A DNA stretch of 64,000 bases. Source: an uncultured Elusimicrobia bacterium (GTDB taxonomy: Bacteria > Elusimicrobiota > Elusimicrobia > Elusimicrobiales > UBA9959). The stretch is taken from contig CAIPTO010000083.1 of the NCBI GenBank assembly GCA_903867985.1, forward strand, positions 20,664 to 84,663, read 5' to 3'. Each line of letters begins with the position of its first letter. Position 1 is the stretch's first letter. Both the position numbers and the translations under genes were made by a program. Shown in pieces: positions 44,075-53,905 of this stretch. A model generated the notes under the pieces. The model had not been told where the DNA came from. It ran no database searches and saw only the letters and a list, made by a program, of their open reading frames with translations.

Positions 44075-46797
44075 AGAGCCAGATCCTTCGCAATTTCCCT
44101 GAGGCGGTTTATTCTGCTTTCAGCGTCGGCTTTACGCAATGTGATCTTTTCGATTTCTTCCTTCGGGGCGTGGCTGACGAAATTCTCGTTCTGAAGCCTG
44201 GTGTCGGCGGCGAATAGTTCTGCTGTCAGCTTTTCTGTTTCTTTAGCTATGCGCGAGCGCTCTTTTTCCAGGTCTACAACTCCGTCGACAGGGATATAAA
44301 TATTAAAAGGTCCTGATAATGATGTGACGGCGTGCGGCGGTTTGGCCAACCCGGGTGCAATATCCAGTTTATCAGTTTTGGCCAGGCGCGTTATGTAGCC
44401 GGGGTGCTTTTTAAGCAGTTCCAGGTCTTTTTCGTTCGCGGACGTTATAAGAGCGTTTATGTTTTTTGCGGGAGAGATTTCAAGCTGGGCGCGCACCATG
44501 CGTATCTGTGTGATGATGTCCATGATCTTCTTCATGTCCGCTTCAGTATTTACGCTGCCCGTTTTCCCTCCGCCCGGGTATGGTTCCTTCAGGAGGAAAG
44601 GTTTATCTGAGCCCAGATAAGGTTTGAGACTGGCGAAGATCTCTTCCGTCACATAAGGCATGAACGGGTGCAGGGCCTTCAGCGTTCCGCCGAAGACATG
44701 GAGGAGCAGACCCAGGACACGGTACTTATCAGCCGTCTCCAGGCGCGGCTTGGCGAGTTCCAGATACCAGTCGCAGAACTCGTCCCAGAGGAAAGAGTAG
44801 AGCGCCCCCACGGAAGCGGGGATATCGTAATCAGTCATTGAAACCCTGACTTTTTCGAGGGTTTTGTTGTAGCGCTCTAGGATCCATTCATCGGCAAGTT
44901 CCAGATCTTCCGGCACCGCGGACATCACCCGGGGAGTCTCCGGCAGATTCATCTGGATGAATCTGGAGACATTGTATATCTTGTTGACAAAATTTCTACC
45001 GCCGACCAAAGCTTCCTCTGAGAAAGGTATATCTTTGCCGCCGATCGCCTGGCTGAGGATGGTGAAGCGCATGGCGTCCGTTCCGTATTTTTCTATCATG
45101 GTCAGCGGGTCTATGCCGTTGCCGAGCGACTTGGACATTTTCTTGCCGTGTTTGTCGCGTATGATGCCGTGCACATAGACATGGCTGAAGGGGACGCGGC
45201 CCATATGTTCCAGACCGCTCATGACCATGCGGGCAACCCAGAGGTAGATGATCTCGTAGCCTGTCACCATGACCGAGGTGGGATAATAGTAATTCAATTC
45301 TTCGGTTTTTTTAGGCCAGCCGAACACTGAGAATGGCCAGAGGGCCGAGGAGAACCAGGTATCCAGCACATCCGGGTCCTGTATCAGATCATGCCCGCCG
45401 CACTTAGGACATTTCTCAGGTGTATTCATGCTCAGGATCGGGTTTGAGCCTTTCCTGGATCCGGGCAGCAATACGCCGCTTTCACCTGTTCTTGCGGACG
45501 CCGCTCCGGCTACATAAGGCAGGGTATTCTTATCGCAATCGAGGCAGTACCATACTGGTATGCGATGACCCCACCAGATCTGTCTGGAAACGCACCAGTC
45601 CTGGATGTTTTTCAGCCAGTCGATAAAAGGTTTTTTCCAGGAGACAGGGTAAAATTTAACTTCCTCTTTTTCAGCCGCCGCTATAGCCGGCGCGGCCAAG
45701 TCCTTCATCTTTACGAACCACTGCTCCGAAACCAAAGGCTCTATATGCTGCTTGCAGCGGTCGCATTTACCTACGGAATGTTTGTACTGCTCTTCTTTCT
45801 CCAGAAATTCTCCGGTTTTAAGGTCTTCCAAAATTTCTTTTCTTGCTGCCTGCACGCTTTTCCCTTTATACTTTTCGGGACAATTTATCATCTTGCCGTT
45901 AAAATCTATCACCTGGATAGTTTCAAGTCCGTGGCGCTGGCCTATGGTAAAGTCCAGCGGATCGTGGGCCGGAGTAACTTTTACCGCCCCGGTTCCGAAC
46001 TCAAGATCAACTTCTGTGTCGCCTATGACGGGAATGAGGCGGTCGGTGAGCGGGAGCTTAAGCTTTTTACCGATGAGGACTTTATATCTGGGGTCCTCCG
46101 GGTTTACGGCTACGGCCGTGTCTCCGACCATGGTTTCGGGGCGGGTGGTCGCCACCACCAGTCCTCTGGAACCGTTTTCAAGGGGGTAATGGATATGCCA
46201 GAGTTTTGACTTCTCCTCTTCATATTCAACTTCTATATCCGAGAGCGCGGTCTCGCAGCGGGTGCACCAGTTTATCATGCGCTCGTCGCGGTAAAGCAGC
46301 CCTTTCTCCCAGAGGGTTCTGAAAGCCTCAAAAACGGAGCCGGCCCGCGTCTCGTCCATAGTGAAGCGGACATTGTCCTTGCTCGTGTCGAGGGCGCAGC
46401 CCAGCTTTCTGAGCTGGTTCAGGATAGTCCCGCCGCATTCTCCGTACCAGACCCACATGCGCTCCAAAAATTTTTCCCGCCCCAGATCTTCCTTGGTTTT
46501 ACCTTCGGCTCTGAGCATCTTTTCCATTACATTTTGCGTGGCTATGCCGCCGTGGTCCGTGCCCGGCACCCAATAAGCTTCTTTTCCGGTCATCCGTTCA
46601 TAGCGGATCAGCGAGTCCTGCAGAGAATTGTTGAGGGCGTGGCCCATATGCAGAGCCCCGGTGATATTGGGCGGGGGGATGACTACGACAAAGGCTTTTT
46701 TGCTCTTGTCCACGGTTGAGACAAAAAGTTTCTCTTTTTGCCAGAGTTCCGACCACTTGTCCTCTACCGGCTTTGGATCATAAACCTTGGGGAGCAT
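44071..46797 (-). CDS. valS: Valine--tRNA ligase
   Basis: 908 aa. HIGH motif PNITGALHMGHAL, KMSKS motif KMSKSLGN, C-terminal coiled coil. Confidence 0.96.
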   Translation of the reverse strand: MLPKVYDPKPVEDKWSELWQKEKLFVSTVDKSKKAFVVVIPPPNITGALHMGHALNNSLQDSLIRYERMTGKEAYWVPGTDHGGIATQNVMEKMLRAEGKTKEDLGREKFLERMWVWYGECGGTILNQLRKLGCALDTSKDNVRFTMDETRAGSVFEAFRTLWEKGLLYRDERMINWCTRCETALSDIEVEYEEEKSKLWHIHYPLENGSRGLVVATTRPETMVGDTAVAVNPEDPRYKVLIGKKLKLPLTDRLIPVIGDTEVDLEFGTGAVKVTPAHDPLDFTIGQRHGLETIQVIDFNGKMINCPEKYKGKSVQAARKEILEDLKTGEFLEKEEQYKHSVGKCDRCKQHIEPLVSEQWFVKMKDLAAPAIAAAEKEEVKFYPVSWKKPFIDWLKNIQDWCVSRQIWWGHRIPVWYCLDCDKNTLPYVAGAASARTGESGVLLPGSRKGSNPILSMNTPEKCPKCGGHDLIQDPDVLDTWFSSALWPFSVFGWPKKTEELNYYYPTSVMVTGYEIIYLWVARMVMSGLEHMGRVPFSHVYVHGIIRDKHGKKMSKSLGNGIDPLTMIEKYGTDAMRFTILSQAIGGKDIPFSEEALVGGRNFVNKIYNVSRFIQMNLPETPRVMSAVPEDLELADEWILERYNKTLEKVRVSMTDYDIPASVGALYSFLWDEFCDWYLELAKPRLETADKYRVLGLLLHVFGGTLKALHPFMPYVTEEIFASLKPYLGSDKPFLLKEPYPGGGKTGSVNTEADMKKIMDIITQIRMVRAQLEISPAKNINALITSANEKDLELLKKHPGYITRLAKTDKLDIAPGLAKPPHAVTSLSGPFNIYIPVDGVVDLEKERSRIAKETEKLTAELFAADTRLQNENFVSHAPKEEIEKITLRKADAESRINRLREIAKDLAL

Positions 46798-46915
46798 AGG
46801 TATCCTTTTAGGGAGTCAGCGGGTTGAAAAGTTCGGCGGAGTCAGGGAGTTTAAAAGTAAAAAGTTCAAAATTCTGAAACTTCTGAACTCGCAACTTTCG
46901 AAACCCCTGAACTTA

Positions 46916-48007
46916 TTACACAAATTCCCGAAAAACCGCGTTGGAAATATAGAGCGCTTCTTTTTTAATCCTTATATTCCGGCCTGAGACTTCAATCAGG
47001 CCCTGCGCGGACAGCTTGTCTATCTGTTCTTTAGATTCTATAAATATATCGTCAGGTAATTCAATTCCGCCGGTTTTTCGCAGGCCCAGAATTATTTTTT
47101 CCGCCCGGCGCTGGGCCTGGGTTAGGGTTTCCGAGCATTCGAGCGTTGGTCCTTCGGCTCCGGCCGCGGTTTTTATATATAGCTCCGGGTCTTTTGTATT
47201 GGCCCAGCGTTTACCGTTGCGGTGCGAAGCCGCCGCGGCGCCAAGGCCCAGATAATCGCCCTGATCCCAGTAGTTAAGGTTGTGACGCGACTCCCTGCCC
47301 GGTTTGGCGAAATTGGATATTTCGTAATGGCTGAAACCGGCGGCTTCAATAAGCGGGCCAGCCAGCGCGAACATGGCTGCCGCCGGCTCCGGCGCCTCGC
47401 AAACCCCTTCGGCTGCGAAAGCCGTTCCTTCATGAACTTCCAGGGCGTAAAATGACAAGTGCTCCGGTTGTAAGGCCAATATCAGTTCAAGTGTCTCACG
47501 GAAATGCGCTTCGCTCTGGCCCGGCAGGCCGGTCATCAGGTCGACGTTGATGTTTTCAAACCCGGCTAGTCTTAGTTGACTGAAGGCCCTCAGAAAATCA
47601 TCAAATGACGCGAGGCGCCCCAATCGGTCCAAAAGATTATCCTGCGAGGCCTGAAGCCCGAGACTTATCCGGCTGACGCCGGCGGCCTTCAGCAGCCCTG
47701 TTTTTTCAGGTGTCAGGCTTTCTGGGTTCGCCTCAAAAGTCGTTTCCTTCAGATCTTTTATAGGTCCGAAAGTGTCTTCCACCAGCGAAAAAAGGGTTTT
47801 CAATTGCTCCGGCCCCAGCAGACTGGGGGTTCCGCCGCCTATATAAAGCGTGGTTGGCCGGGGGAAAATACGTTTTAAGCGCGCGGCCTCCGCTTTTAAG
47901 GCGTGAAGATAGGGGCTGATGAGCTCATCTCTTCCAGCCAGCGAGGCAAAATCGCAATAGTTGCACTTGCGCCTGCAGAAAGGTATATGAATGTACAGAC
48001 CGGGCAT
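46916..48007 (-). CDS. hemW: Radical SAM heme chaperone HemW-like (coproporphyrinogen III oxidase family)
   Basis: LYIHIPFCRRKCNYCDF radical-SAM cluster motif. GGGTPS. HemN_C-like tail. Confidence 0.85.
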   Translation of the reverse strand: MPGLYIHIPFCRRKCNYCDFASLAGRDELISPYLHALKAEAARLKRIFPRPTTLYIGGGTPSLLGPEQLKTLFSLVEDTFGPIKDLKETTFEANPESLTPEKTGLLKAAGVSRISLGLQASQDNLLDRLGRLASFDDFLRAFSQLRLAGFENINVDLMTGLPGQSEAHFRETLELILALQPEHLSFYALEVHEGTAFAAEGVCEAPEPAAAMFALAGPLIEAAGFSHYEISNFAKPGRESRHNLNYWDQGDYLGLGAAAASHRNGKRWANTKDPELYIKTAAGAEGPTLECSETLTQAQRRAEKIILGLRKTGGIELPDDIFIESKEQIDKLSAQGLIEVSGRNIRIKKEALYISNAVFREFV

Positions 48008-48124
48008 ATGACATTATAACTAAAGTGGATAGTGGTTAACGGACAAGGAGAAGATTGAAATATGAAAAAGGGAGCAGCGTTTTAGCGCCGCTCCCTTTTA
48101 ATCTGTTTGTTATCCGCCACGTCC

Positions 48125-48865
48125 CTATTTTTTCATGAACATGTTTATCATGTCTATCGGCACGGGGAAGATGGTGGTCGAGTTATTGTCTGTCGCTATC
48201 TCAGTCAGGGTTTGCAGGTATCTGAGCTGGATGGCGGCGGGATTTATGGCCATGATCGCGGCCGCATCGGAAAGCTTCTGGGCGGCCTGGAATTCGCCTT
48301 CGGCGTGGATGACCTTGGCGCGGCGTTCGCGCTCGGCCTCAGCCTGCTTTGCGATAGCGCGCTGCATTTCCTGCGGCAGGTCCACGTTTTTCACTTCCAC
48401 GCTGGAGATCTTTATGCCCCAGGGTTCGGTGTGAAGGTCCAGGATCTCCTGCAGATTCTTGTTAATTTTGTCGCGGTTGGCGAGAAGGTCGTCCAGTTCC
48501 TGCTGCCCGAGTACGCTTCTGAGAGTGGTCTGAGCAAGCTGGCTGGTTGCGTACATATAGTTCTCCACATTCAGGACGGCGGTCTGGGGATTGACCACCC
48601 TGAAGTAAATAACGGCGTTGACCTTGACCGATATATTATCGCGGGTGATCACATCCTGAGGGGGGACATCCAGCACGACCACGCGGGTACTCATACGGAA
48701 TATCTGCTGCACTCCGGGGAACACGAATATGAGGCCCGGGCCTTTAACGCCCGTGAAGCGTCCCAGCGTCAATATAACTCCTCTTTCATACTCATTGAGC
48801 ACCTTGATACTTGTGAAAACTATGACGATGACAATTATTATAATCGGGGTCATGCCAATAAACAT
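48125..48865 (-). CDS. SPFH/Band 7 (stomatin-like) membrane protein
   Basis: N-terminal TM, then [15 protein letters not shown] ... [20 protein letters not shown] ... [21 protein letters not shown]. Confidence 0.88.
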   Translation of the reverse strand: MFIGMTPIIIIVIVIVFTSIKVLNEYERGVILTLGRFTGVKGPGLIFVFPGVQQIFRMSTRVVVLDVPPQDVITRDNISVKVNAVIYFRVVNPQTAVLNVENYMYATSQLAQTTLRSVLGQQELDDLLANRDKINKNLQEILDLHTEPWGIKISSVEVKNVDLPQEMQRAIAKQAEAERERRAKVIHAEGEFQAAQKLSDAAAIMAINPAAIQLRYLQTLTEIATDNNSTTIFPVPIDMINMFMKK

Positions 48866-49135
48866 TGAAACCTCCCTTACCTTACTGTATTCTGAGCGCG
48901 GGAAGTTACTACTTGCCCCGCTATCTAGAGTCTACCAAAAAACCATATACATAACAAACGCGCCCGCAAATTAGAAGCGACAGCGCAGCAGCAAGACAGC
49001 GCGGCAACGCAAATCCGACAGTGGTCAACTATAAGCCTAAACGGGGTTATCAGTTACCACTAGTCACGGTTTTTGACGAGTCCGGGTGGAAATTTTGTAT
49101 TATATAATTGATTTGAAAGGTTCTTTGAAGGAATT

Positions 49136-49558
49136 ATGAGCAAAAGAAGACTATCCCGCGAACAGTGCCTGCAGTCGCTTTACCTGGCGGATGTTTCGAT
49201 ATTGGAGACGCAGGACATACTCGCCATGTTCCAGATGCAGGAATTCGCCCTGGAGGAGAAAGTCTTTGAGTTCTATAAAACCCTTTTCACCGACACTATC
49301 ACCAACCGGGAAAAAATAGATGGGATCATAACGTCCACCAGTAAGAACTGGGGACTTGAGCGCATGTCGGCTATCGACCGCTGCATCCTGCGGCTCGCCG
49401 TCTGTGAAATGATATTCCTGGAAGACGCGCCCGTCCCGGTCATCATCGATGAGGCCATAGAACTGGCTAAAAAGTATTCCACCGAGAATTCCGGCAAATT
49501 TGTGAACGGGGTTCTTGACAGTATCGCGAAACAACACAATCTTCACCTGCCCAAATGA
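49136..49558 (+). CDS. nusB: Transcription antitermination factor NusB
   Basis: 140 aa. NusB pattern ...RLAVCEMIFLEDAPVPVIIDEAIELAKKY...KFVNGVLD. Confidence 0.88.
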   Translation: MSKRRLSREQCLQSLYLADVSILETQDILAMFQMQEFALEEKVFEFYKTLFTDTITNREKIDGIITSTSKNWGLERMSAIDRCILRLAVCEMIFLEDAPVPVIIDEAIELAKKYSTENSGKFVNGVLDSIAKQHNLHLPK

Positions 49559-51561
49559 CCAGTCAGGGTCCCAGAGATGAAATAGAGCGTCTCCGGCATG
49601 AGATCCGGCGGCATGACCATTTTTATTATGTTGTGGATAACCCCCGTATCTCCGATGGGGAATATGACGCTTTACTAAGCCGTCTTAAAATTCTTGAAGC
49701 CGCGCACCCCGACCTGATAACTCCGGACTCTCCCACGCGCCGTGTGGGGGGGAAGCCCTCTATAGCTTTCGCACCGGTGGCCCATAAGATCCCGATGCTT
49801 TCTCTTGATAATGCCTATTCCGAAGCGGAATTCCTGGATTGGGATAAGCGGGTGCGCAGCAGCCTTAAAGGGGCGCCGTACGAATTGGTCGTGGAGCCAA
49901 AGATAGACGGCCTGTCCTGTTCAATTGAATACGAGCGCGGCGTCTTCGCGCGGGCCTCTACCCGGGGTGACGGGGAGACAGGAGAAGATGTTTCTCTTAA
50001 CGTGCGGACCATACGCGCTGTGCCGCTTAAGCTGAATATGGAGGAACCACCGGCTTTTTTTGAGGCCCGTGGAGAAGTTTACATAGATAAAAAGGATTTC
50101 GAATCCATCCGCGGCGAACAACTGAACCAAGGCGCGGAACCATTTGCCAATCCCAGAAACGCCGCGGCCGGATCGCTCCGTCAGAAAGATCCAGCCGTAA
50201 CCGCCAAAAGGAAATTGAAATTTTTTGCGCATTCTTACGGCTATTTTGAAGGTATGTCTGAGCCTGAAACGCATCTGGAATATCTGGAGTATTGCGGAAA
50301 AGCCGGTTTCCCGGTTCCGCTTATAAGCAAAAAACCCTGCAAGGACGCCTCCGAGGTCCTGAAGCTTTACAAAGAATACGCTTCAAAAAGATTTATGCTC
50401 CCTTATGAGATAGACGGCCTGGTGGTGAAGGTCAACGCCCACAGTTCGAAGAAACTGCTGGGCTTTACCTCTAAAAGCCCGCGCTGGGCCATAGCCTTCA
50501 AGTATCCCGCCCAGCAGGCGACAACTACCGTCAAAAATGTATGGTTCTCTGTAGGCCGCACCGGAGTCATTACTCCTGTGGCGGATCTTGAACCGGTAAA
50601 ATGCGGAGGCGTAACCATATCAAGTTCCACTCTGCATAACTTTGACGAGATAAAAAGGCTAGGGCTTAAAGCGGGTGATAAAGTGGTCATCGAAAGGGCC
50701 GGCGAGGTCATCCCCAAAGTTATAAAGGTCGTAGCGTATTCCCGGACCGGGCATGAAAGGGATATACTCCCGCCGATACACTGCCCCTCCTGCGGTTCGA
50801 ACGTTTTTAAAGATGAGGAGGTTGTGGCCTATCGCTGCCTTAATCCCTCCTGCCCCAGTCAGATACAGAGAAGTCTGCTCCACTTCGCATCCAGGGACGC
50901 CATGAATATAGACGGCCTTGGCGAAGCGTCAGTGGAACAGCTTACGGCTAAGAAATTGGTCGCTAAATTTTCCGACATCTATCGGTTGAAAAAAGAGGAC
51001 TTGTTGGCGCTGGAACTCTTTAAGGATAAAAAGGCCGCAAATCTTCTGGCACAGATAGAAGCGAGCAAAAAGCAGCCGCTCTCCCGGTTGGTCTACGCCC
51101 TTGGGATCCCGCATATCGGTGAGAAAAGCGCCCGTGTGCTGGCTGAGCATTTTAAAAATATGAACGCCCTGATGCGGGCCGGACTTGAAGACCTCAGCCG
51201 GGTAAGCGACATCGGGCCCGTAATTGCCAAGGCGATAATTGATTTTTTCAGCGAAAAGCATGTGCGGGCTCTGGCGCATGAACTTGAAAATCTCGGGGTC
51301 AGCATGACAGAGCCTGAGAAAGCGAAAGGCTCCAAACTGGCCGGAAAAAGTTTTGTTTTTACGGGCGAACTGAGAGCCATGTCCCGCGCAGAGGCAGAGC
51401 TTCAGGTACGGGAACTGGGTGGTAAAGAAGCTACAAGCGTTTCCTCAAAGACTTCATACGTGGTTGCGGGGGAGAATCCAGGCTCAAAACACGACAAGGC
51501 CAAAAAGCTGGGCGTAACGATACTTTCCGAAGAAGAATTCCTCAAACTAATCGGGCGATAA
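49555..51561 (+). CDS. ligA: NAD-dependent DNA ligase
   Basis: Adenylation motif VEPKIDGLS, four-Cys Zn finger (CPSCGS...CLNPSCP), HhH repeats, C-terminal BRCT. ATGA overlap with nusB. Confidence 0.95.
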   Translation: MTSQGPRDEIERLRHEIRRHDHFYYVVDNPRISDGEYDALLSRLKILEAAHPDLITPDSPTRRVGGKPSIAFAPVAHKIPMLSLDNAYSEAEFLDWDKRVRSSLKGAPYELVVEPKIDGLSCSIEYERGVFARASTRGDGETGEDVSLNVRTIRAVPLKLNMEEPPAFFEARGEVYIDKKDFESIRGEQLNQGAEPFANPRNAAAGSLRQKDPAVTAKRKLKFFAHSYGYFEGMSEPETHLEYLEYCGKAGFPVPLISKKPCKDASEVLKLYKEYASKRFMLPYEIDGLVVKVNAHSSKKLLGFTSKSPRWAIAFKYPAQQATTTVKNVWFSVGRTGVITPVADLEPVKCGGVTISSSTLHNFDEIKRLGLKAGDKVVIERAGEVIPKVIKVVAYSRTGHERDILPPIHCPSCGSNVFKDEEVVAYRCLNPSCPSQIQRSLLHFASRDAMNIDGLGEASVEQLTAKKLVAKFSDIYRLKKEDLLALELFKDKKAANLLAQIEASKKQPLSRLVYALGIPHIGEKSARVLAEHFKNMNALMRAGLEDLSRVSDIGPVIAKAIIDFFSEKHVRALAHELENLGVSMTEPEKAKGSKLAGKSFVFTGELRAMSRAEAELQVRELGGKEATSVSSKTSYVVAGENPGSKHDKAKKLGVTILSEEEFLKLIGR

Positions 51562-51662
51562 CTTCGGGATATGGATGCACAGCAGTTTAGATGTAAAGCA
51601 ATTTCGCTAAATTGCTGAATTGCGGTGCATCTAAATGGCTAGATTGCTTTCATCTCGTTCTT

Positions 51663-53162
51663 ATGAATAAAGTCGCTTATCTGAGCGTTTACGATAAGAC
51701 CGGTATCGTTGATTTCGCACGCGGTCTGGACGAACTCGGCTTTGAAATCTACGCGTCCGGGTCCACGTTTAAACTTTTAAAGGATTCCGAAGTGGAAGCG
51801 GAAGAGATCCGCTATTCTCCTCCGGTTCCCGTTTCCGTCCTCAAGGCGCTCGCCGGCGCGTCGGCTGTGGTTTCCGAGAACGGAGTTGAAGTCCCGAAGC
51901 CTTACTTAGTGGCCGCCAATCTCTATCCTATCGCCAGCATAGTGGGGCAGGAAGAATTCGCCATTGAGGAACTTTCCAGTTATCTGGACCAGGCCAACGC
52001 TTCAGTGCTGCGCGCCGCCGCCAGGGATTTTGAAAATGTGATAACCCTCTGCCGACCGGAGGACTATCTGATTGTCCTTGAGAAATTTAAGGCCGCGGGC
52101 GGGCTTGAGCCTGAGCAAAAGCGGCAGCTCTCAGCCAAAGCCTGGCAGTACATGGCCGCCTACGACGCAACCATCGCTCAGTATCTTTCCGAGACGAGGG
52201 ACCTGCTGGGTGAAGAAGTTGTGATGAGCCTTAAGAAAGTGTCAAACCTGGCCTACGGAGAGAACCGCCACCAGAAAGCCGCTTTTTACGCGCTGAGCGG
52301 CGCCAGACCGCGCGGCCTTAACGCCGCCAGGATACTTTCCGGCGGGCAGTTTAACCTTAACCATTATCTTGATCTGGACACGGCTTTTGAATTGGCCGCG
52401 GAGTTTGAAGAACCGGTCTGCGTCATCTCAAAGCACGCCAAACCGGCCGGAGTCTGCTCCGCCGGTAAACCGCTGGATTGCTTCCGGGGGGCTTTGACGG
52501 CCAATCCGGCGGGCGCGGCGGGTGGTACGGTCGCCTTTAACAGACAGGTAGATTCGGATACGGCCAGGGCTCTTGCAGAGGCTTTTATAGAGAGCGTGGT
52601 GGCGCCGGATTATAGCGGCGAGGCTCTGACGCTGCTGCGCGCTAAGGAAGGACTCAGGGTCGTCACCCTGCCGCCCCCGGTGCTTTCGCCGCATGAGGTA
52701 GAACTTTACGCGGTGGCGGGGGGAGTATTGATCGAGTCTAAAGATCAGGCTGTCCTGGGGCAGGAACTGCAATGCGTTACCAGGCGCAAGCCGTCCGACC
52801 AGGAGTTGAGGTCGCTGAAACTGGCCTGGAAGACGTCCAAATACGCAAAAACCTACGCGGTGGTGCTGGCTTCAGGCGGCACGGCCGTTTCCGTGAGCGC
52901 GGCAGAAAGTTCAACTTATGACGCGCTTTGTAGCGCTGTTTTAAAACTTAAGAATAAGCATCCGATATTTGAGGGTAAGGCGCCGCTGGTTATGGCCTGC
53001 GACGCGGCGCTGCCGTTGAGCACTCTTGAGGCCGCGCTGATGAGCGGCGTCAGCGCGGTAATCCAGCCGGGAGGCTGGCGGGAAGATCTTTTGTGCGCCC
53101 AATTCTGCGACCTCAAGAACGCGGCAATGCTCCTTACAGGCATCCGTCATTTCCGTCACTGA
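51663..53162 (+). CDS. PurH-like protein (AICAR transformylase/IMP cyclohydrolase family) with degenerate motifs
   Basis: MGS-like start AYLSVYDKTGIVDFARGL. Transformylase motifs LAYGENRHQKAAFY and VISKHAKPAG. C-terminal VIQPGG...GIRHFRH. Start moved to ATG 51663. Confidence 0.65.
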   Translation: MNKVAYLSVYDKTGIVDFARGLDELGFEIYASGSTFKLLKDSEVEAEEIRYSPPVPVSVLKALAGASAVVSENGVEVPKPYLVAANLYPIASIVGQEEFAIEELSSYLDQANASVLRAAARDFENVITLCRPEDYLIVLEKFKAAGGLEPEQKRQLSAKAWQYMAAYDATIAQYLSETRDLLGEEVVMSLKKVSNLAYGENRHQKAAFYALSGARPRGLNAARILSGGQFNLNHYLDLDTAFELAAEFEEPVCVISKHAKPAGVCSAGKPLDCFRGALTANPAGAAGGTVAFNRQVDSDTARALAEAFIESVVAPDYSGEALTLLRAKEGLRVVTLPPPVLSPHEVELYAVAGGVLIESKDQAVLGQELQCVTRRKPSDQELRSLKLAWKTSKYAKTYAVVLASGGTAVSVSAAESSTYDALCSAVLKLKNKHPIFEGKAPLVMACDAALPLSTLEAALMSGVSAVIQPGGWREDLLCAQFCDLKNAAMLLTGIRHFRH

Positions 53163-53177
53163 TAGTTCAAGGAAGTA

Positions 53178-53849
53178 TTACAGAGGGGGGATGAAGAGTG
53201 TAACTTCCTGCGCTGCCGAATCGAGTTTGCTTTTAAGTTTCCCCAGGACGATTTTTTCTATTCGTGAACCGGCGTTAGGTATATGTGCCGACTCCACCAG
53301 GTATACCGGGTGTGAGTGCGCATAAGTCTTAGACAGTTTTGCCATGAATTTGGACCTGATTGCCTGATGTCTGATCAGCTCACTGAAGCGGAAGATAAAA
53401 AGCGGAAGGCCGGCATCAAGTTGCGTCTTATGCAGGTGCAGCGCCTGGTGAGCCTGGAACCCAGCCGGGCCCACCACGTAGCCAAGTTCGCAAAGGACCG
53501 CGTCCACGGCCGAAATGCCGGGTATTACCCGGCACTCTATGCCGCGGGCCCGGCACTCCCCTGCCAGAAAGGCCGCGGGTTTGTCGAAGATAAGCGGATG
53601 ACCCATAGTGCATAAACCAACTGTTTTTCCGCGCGCCGCCTCGGCCAGTACGGCTTCCGTCACCCGGAGTTCCGCGCCTTCGCCCTGGTAGAGTTGCACA
53701 ATGTCGCGGAAGTCAGGAATCGTCCTGAGTATATCTGGCGGGATGGCTCCCTTTGGTCCGAACACTATATCGCAACCTTGGAGCATTTTAAGTCCCTGCA
53801 GGGTCAAATGTTCTCCACACGAGATGCCGAAGCCTATTATTGTAACCAT
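53178..53849 (-). CDS. Tetrapyrrole (corrin/porphyrin) methylase-family SAM-dependent methyltransferase-like protein
   Basis: VTIIGFGIS...LTLQGLKMLQGCDIVF ... GHPLIFD ... VIPGISAVDA pattern of the TP_methylase fold. Substrate unknown. Confidence 0.5.
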   Translation of the reverse strand: MVTIIGFGISCGEHLTLQGLKMLQGCDIVFGPKGAIPPDILRTIPDFRDIVQLYQGEGAELRVTEAVLAEAARGKTVGLCTMGHPLIFDKPAAFLAGECRARGIECRVIPGISAVDAVLCELGYVVGPAGFQAHQALHLHKTQLDAGLPLFIFRFSELIRHQAIRSKFMAKLSKTYAHSHPVYLVESAHIPNAGSRIEKIVLGKLKSKLDSAAQEVTLFIPPL

Positions 53850-53905
53850 ACGTTCCCGGTTGCTTTTCCTGTTTTTTGCTGTTAACCCCGGCTTGGCCCC
53901 GGAAC

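Noticed and set aside
43779-44093. Alternative-frame 104 aa ORF overlapping the small TM protein gene and the valS end.
   Set aside because: It is Arg/Gly-rich with no hydrophobic segment and no coupling signal. The 43766..44074 frame has a TM helix and the ATGA overlap with valS.
48107-48868. 253 aa plus-strand ORF mirroring the SPFH gene.
   Set aside because: The minus-strand product has clear SPFH/Band 7 motifs and an N-terminal TM helix. The plus-strand translation is low-complexity (G/H/D/V-rich) with no motif.
49073-49108. Possible nusB promoter (TTGACG ... TATTAT/TATAAT).
   Set aside because: The spacer lengths (19 or 24 nt) are outside the functional range, so the call is not supportable by eye.
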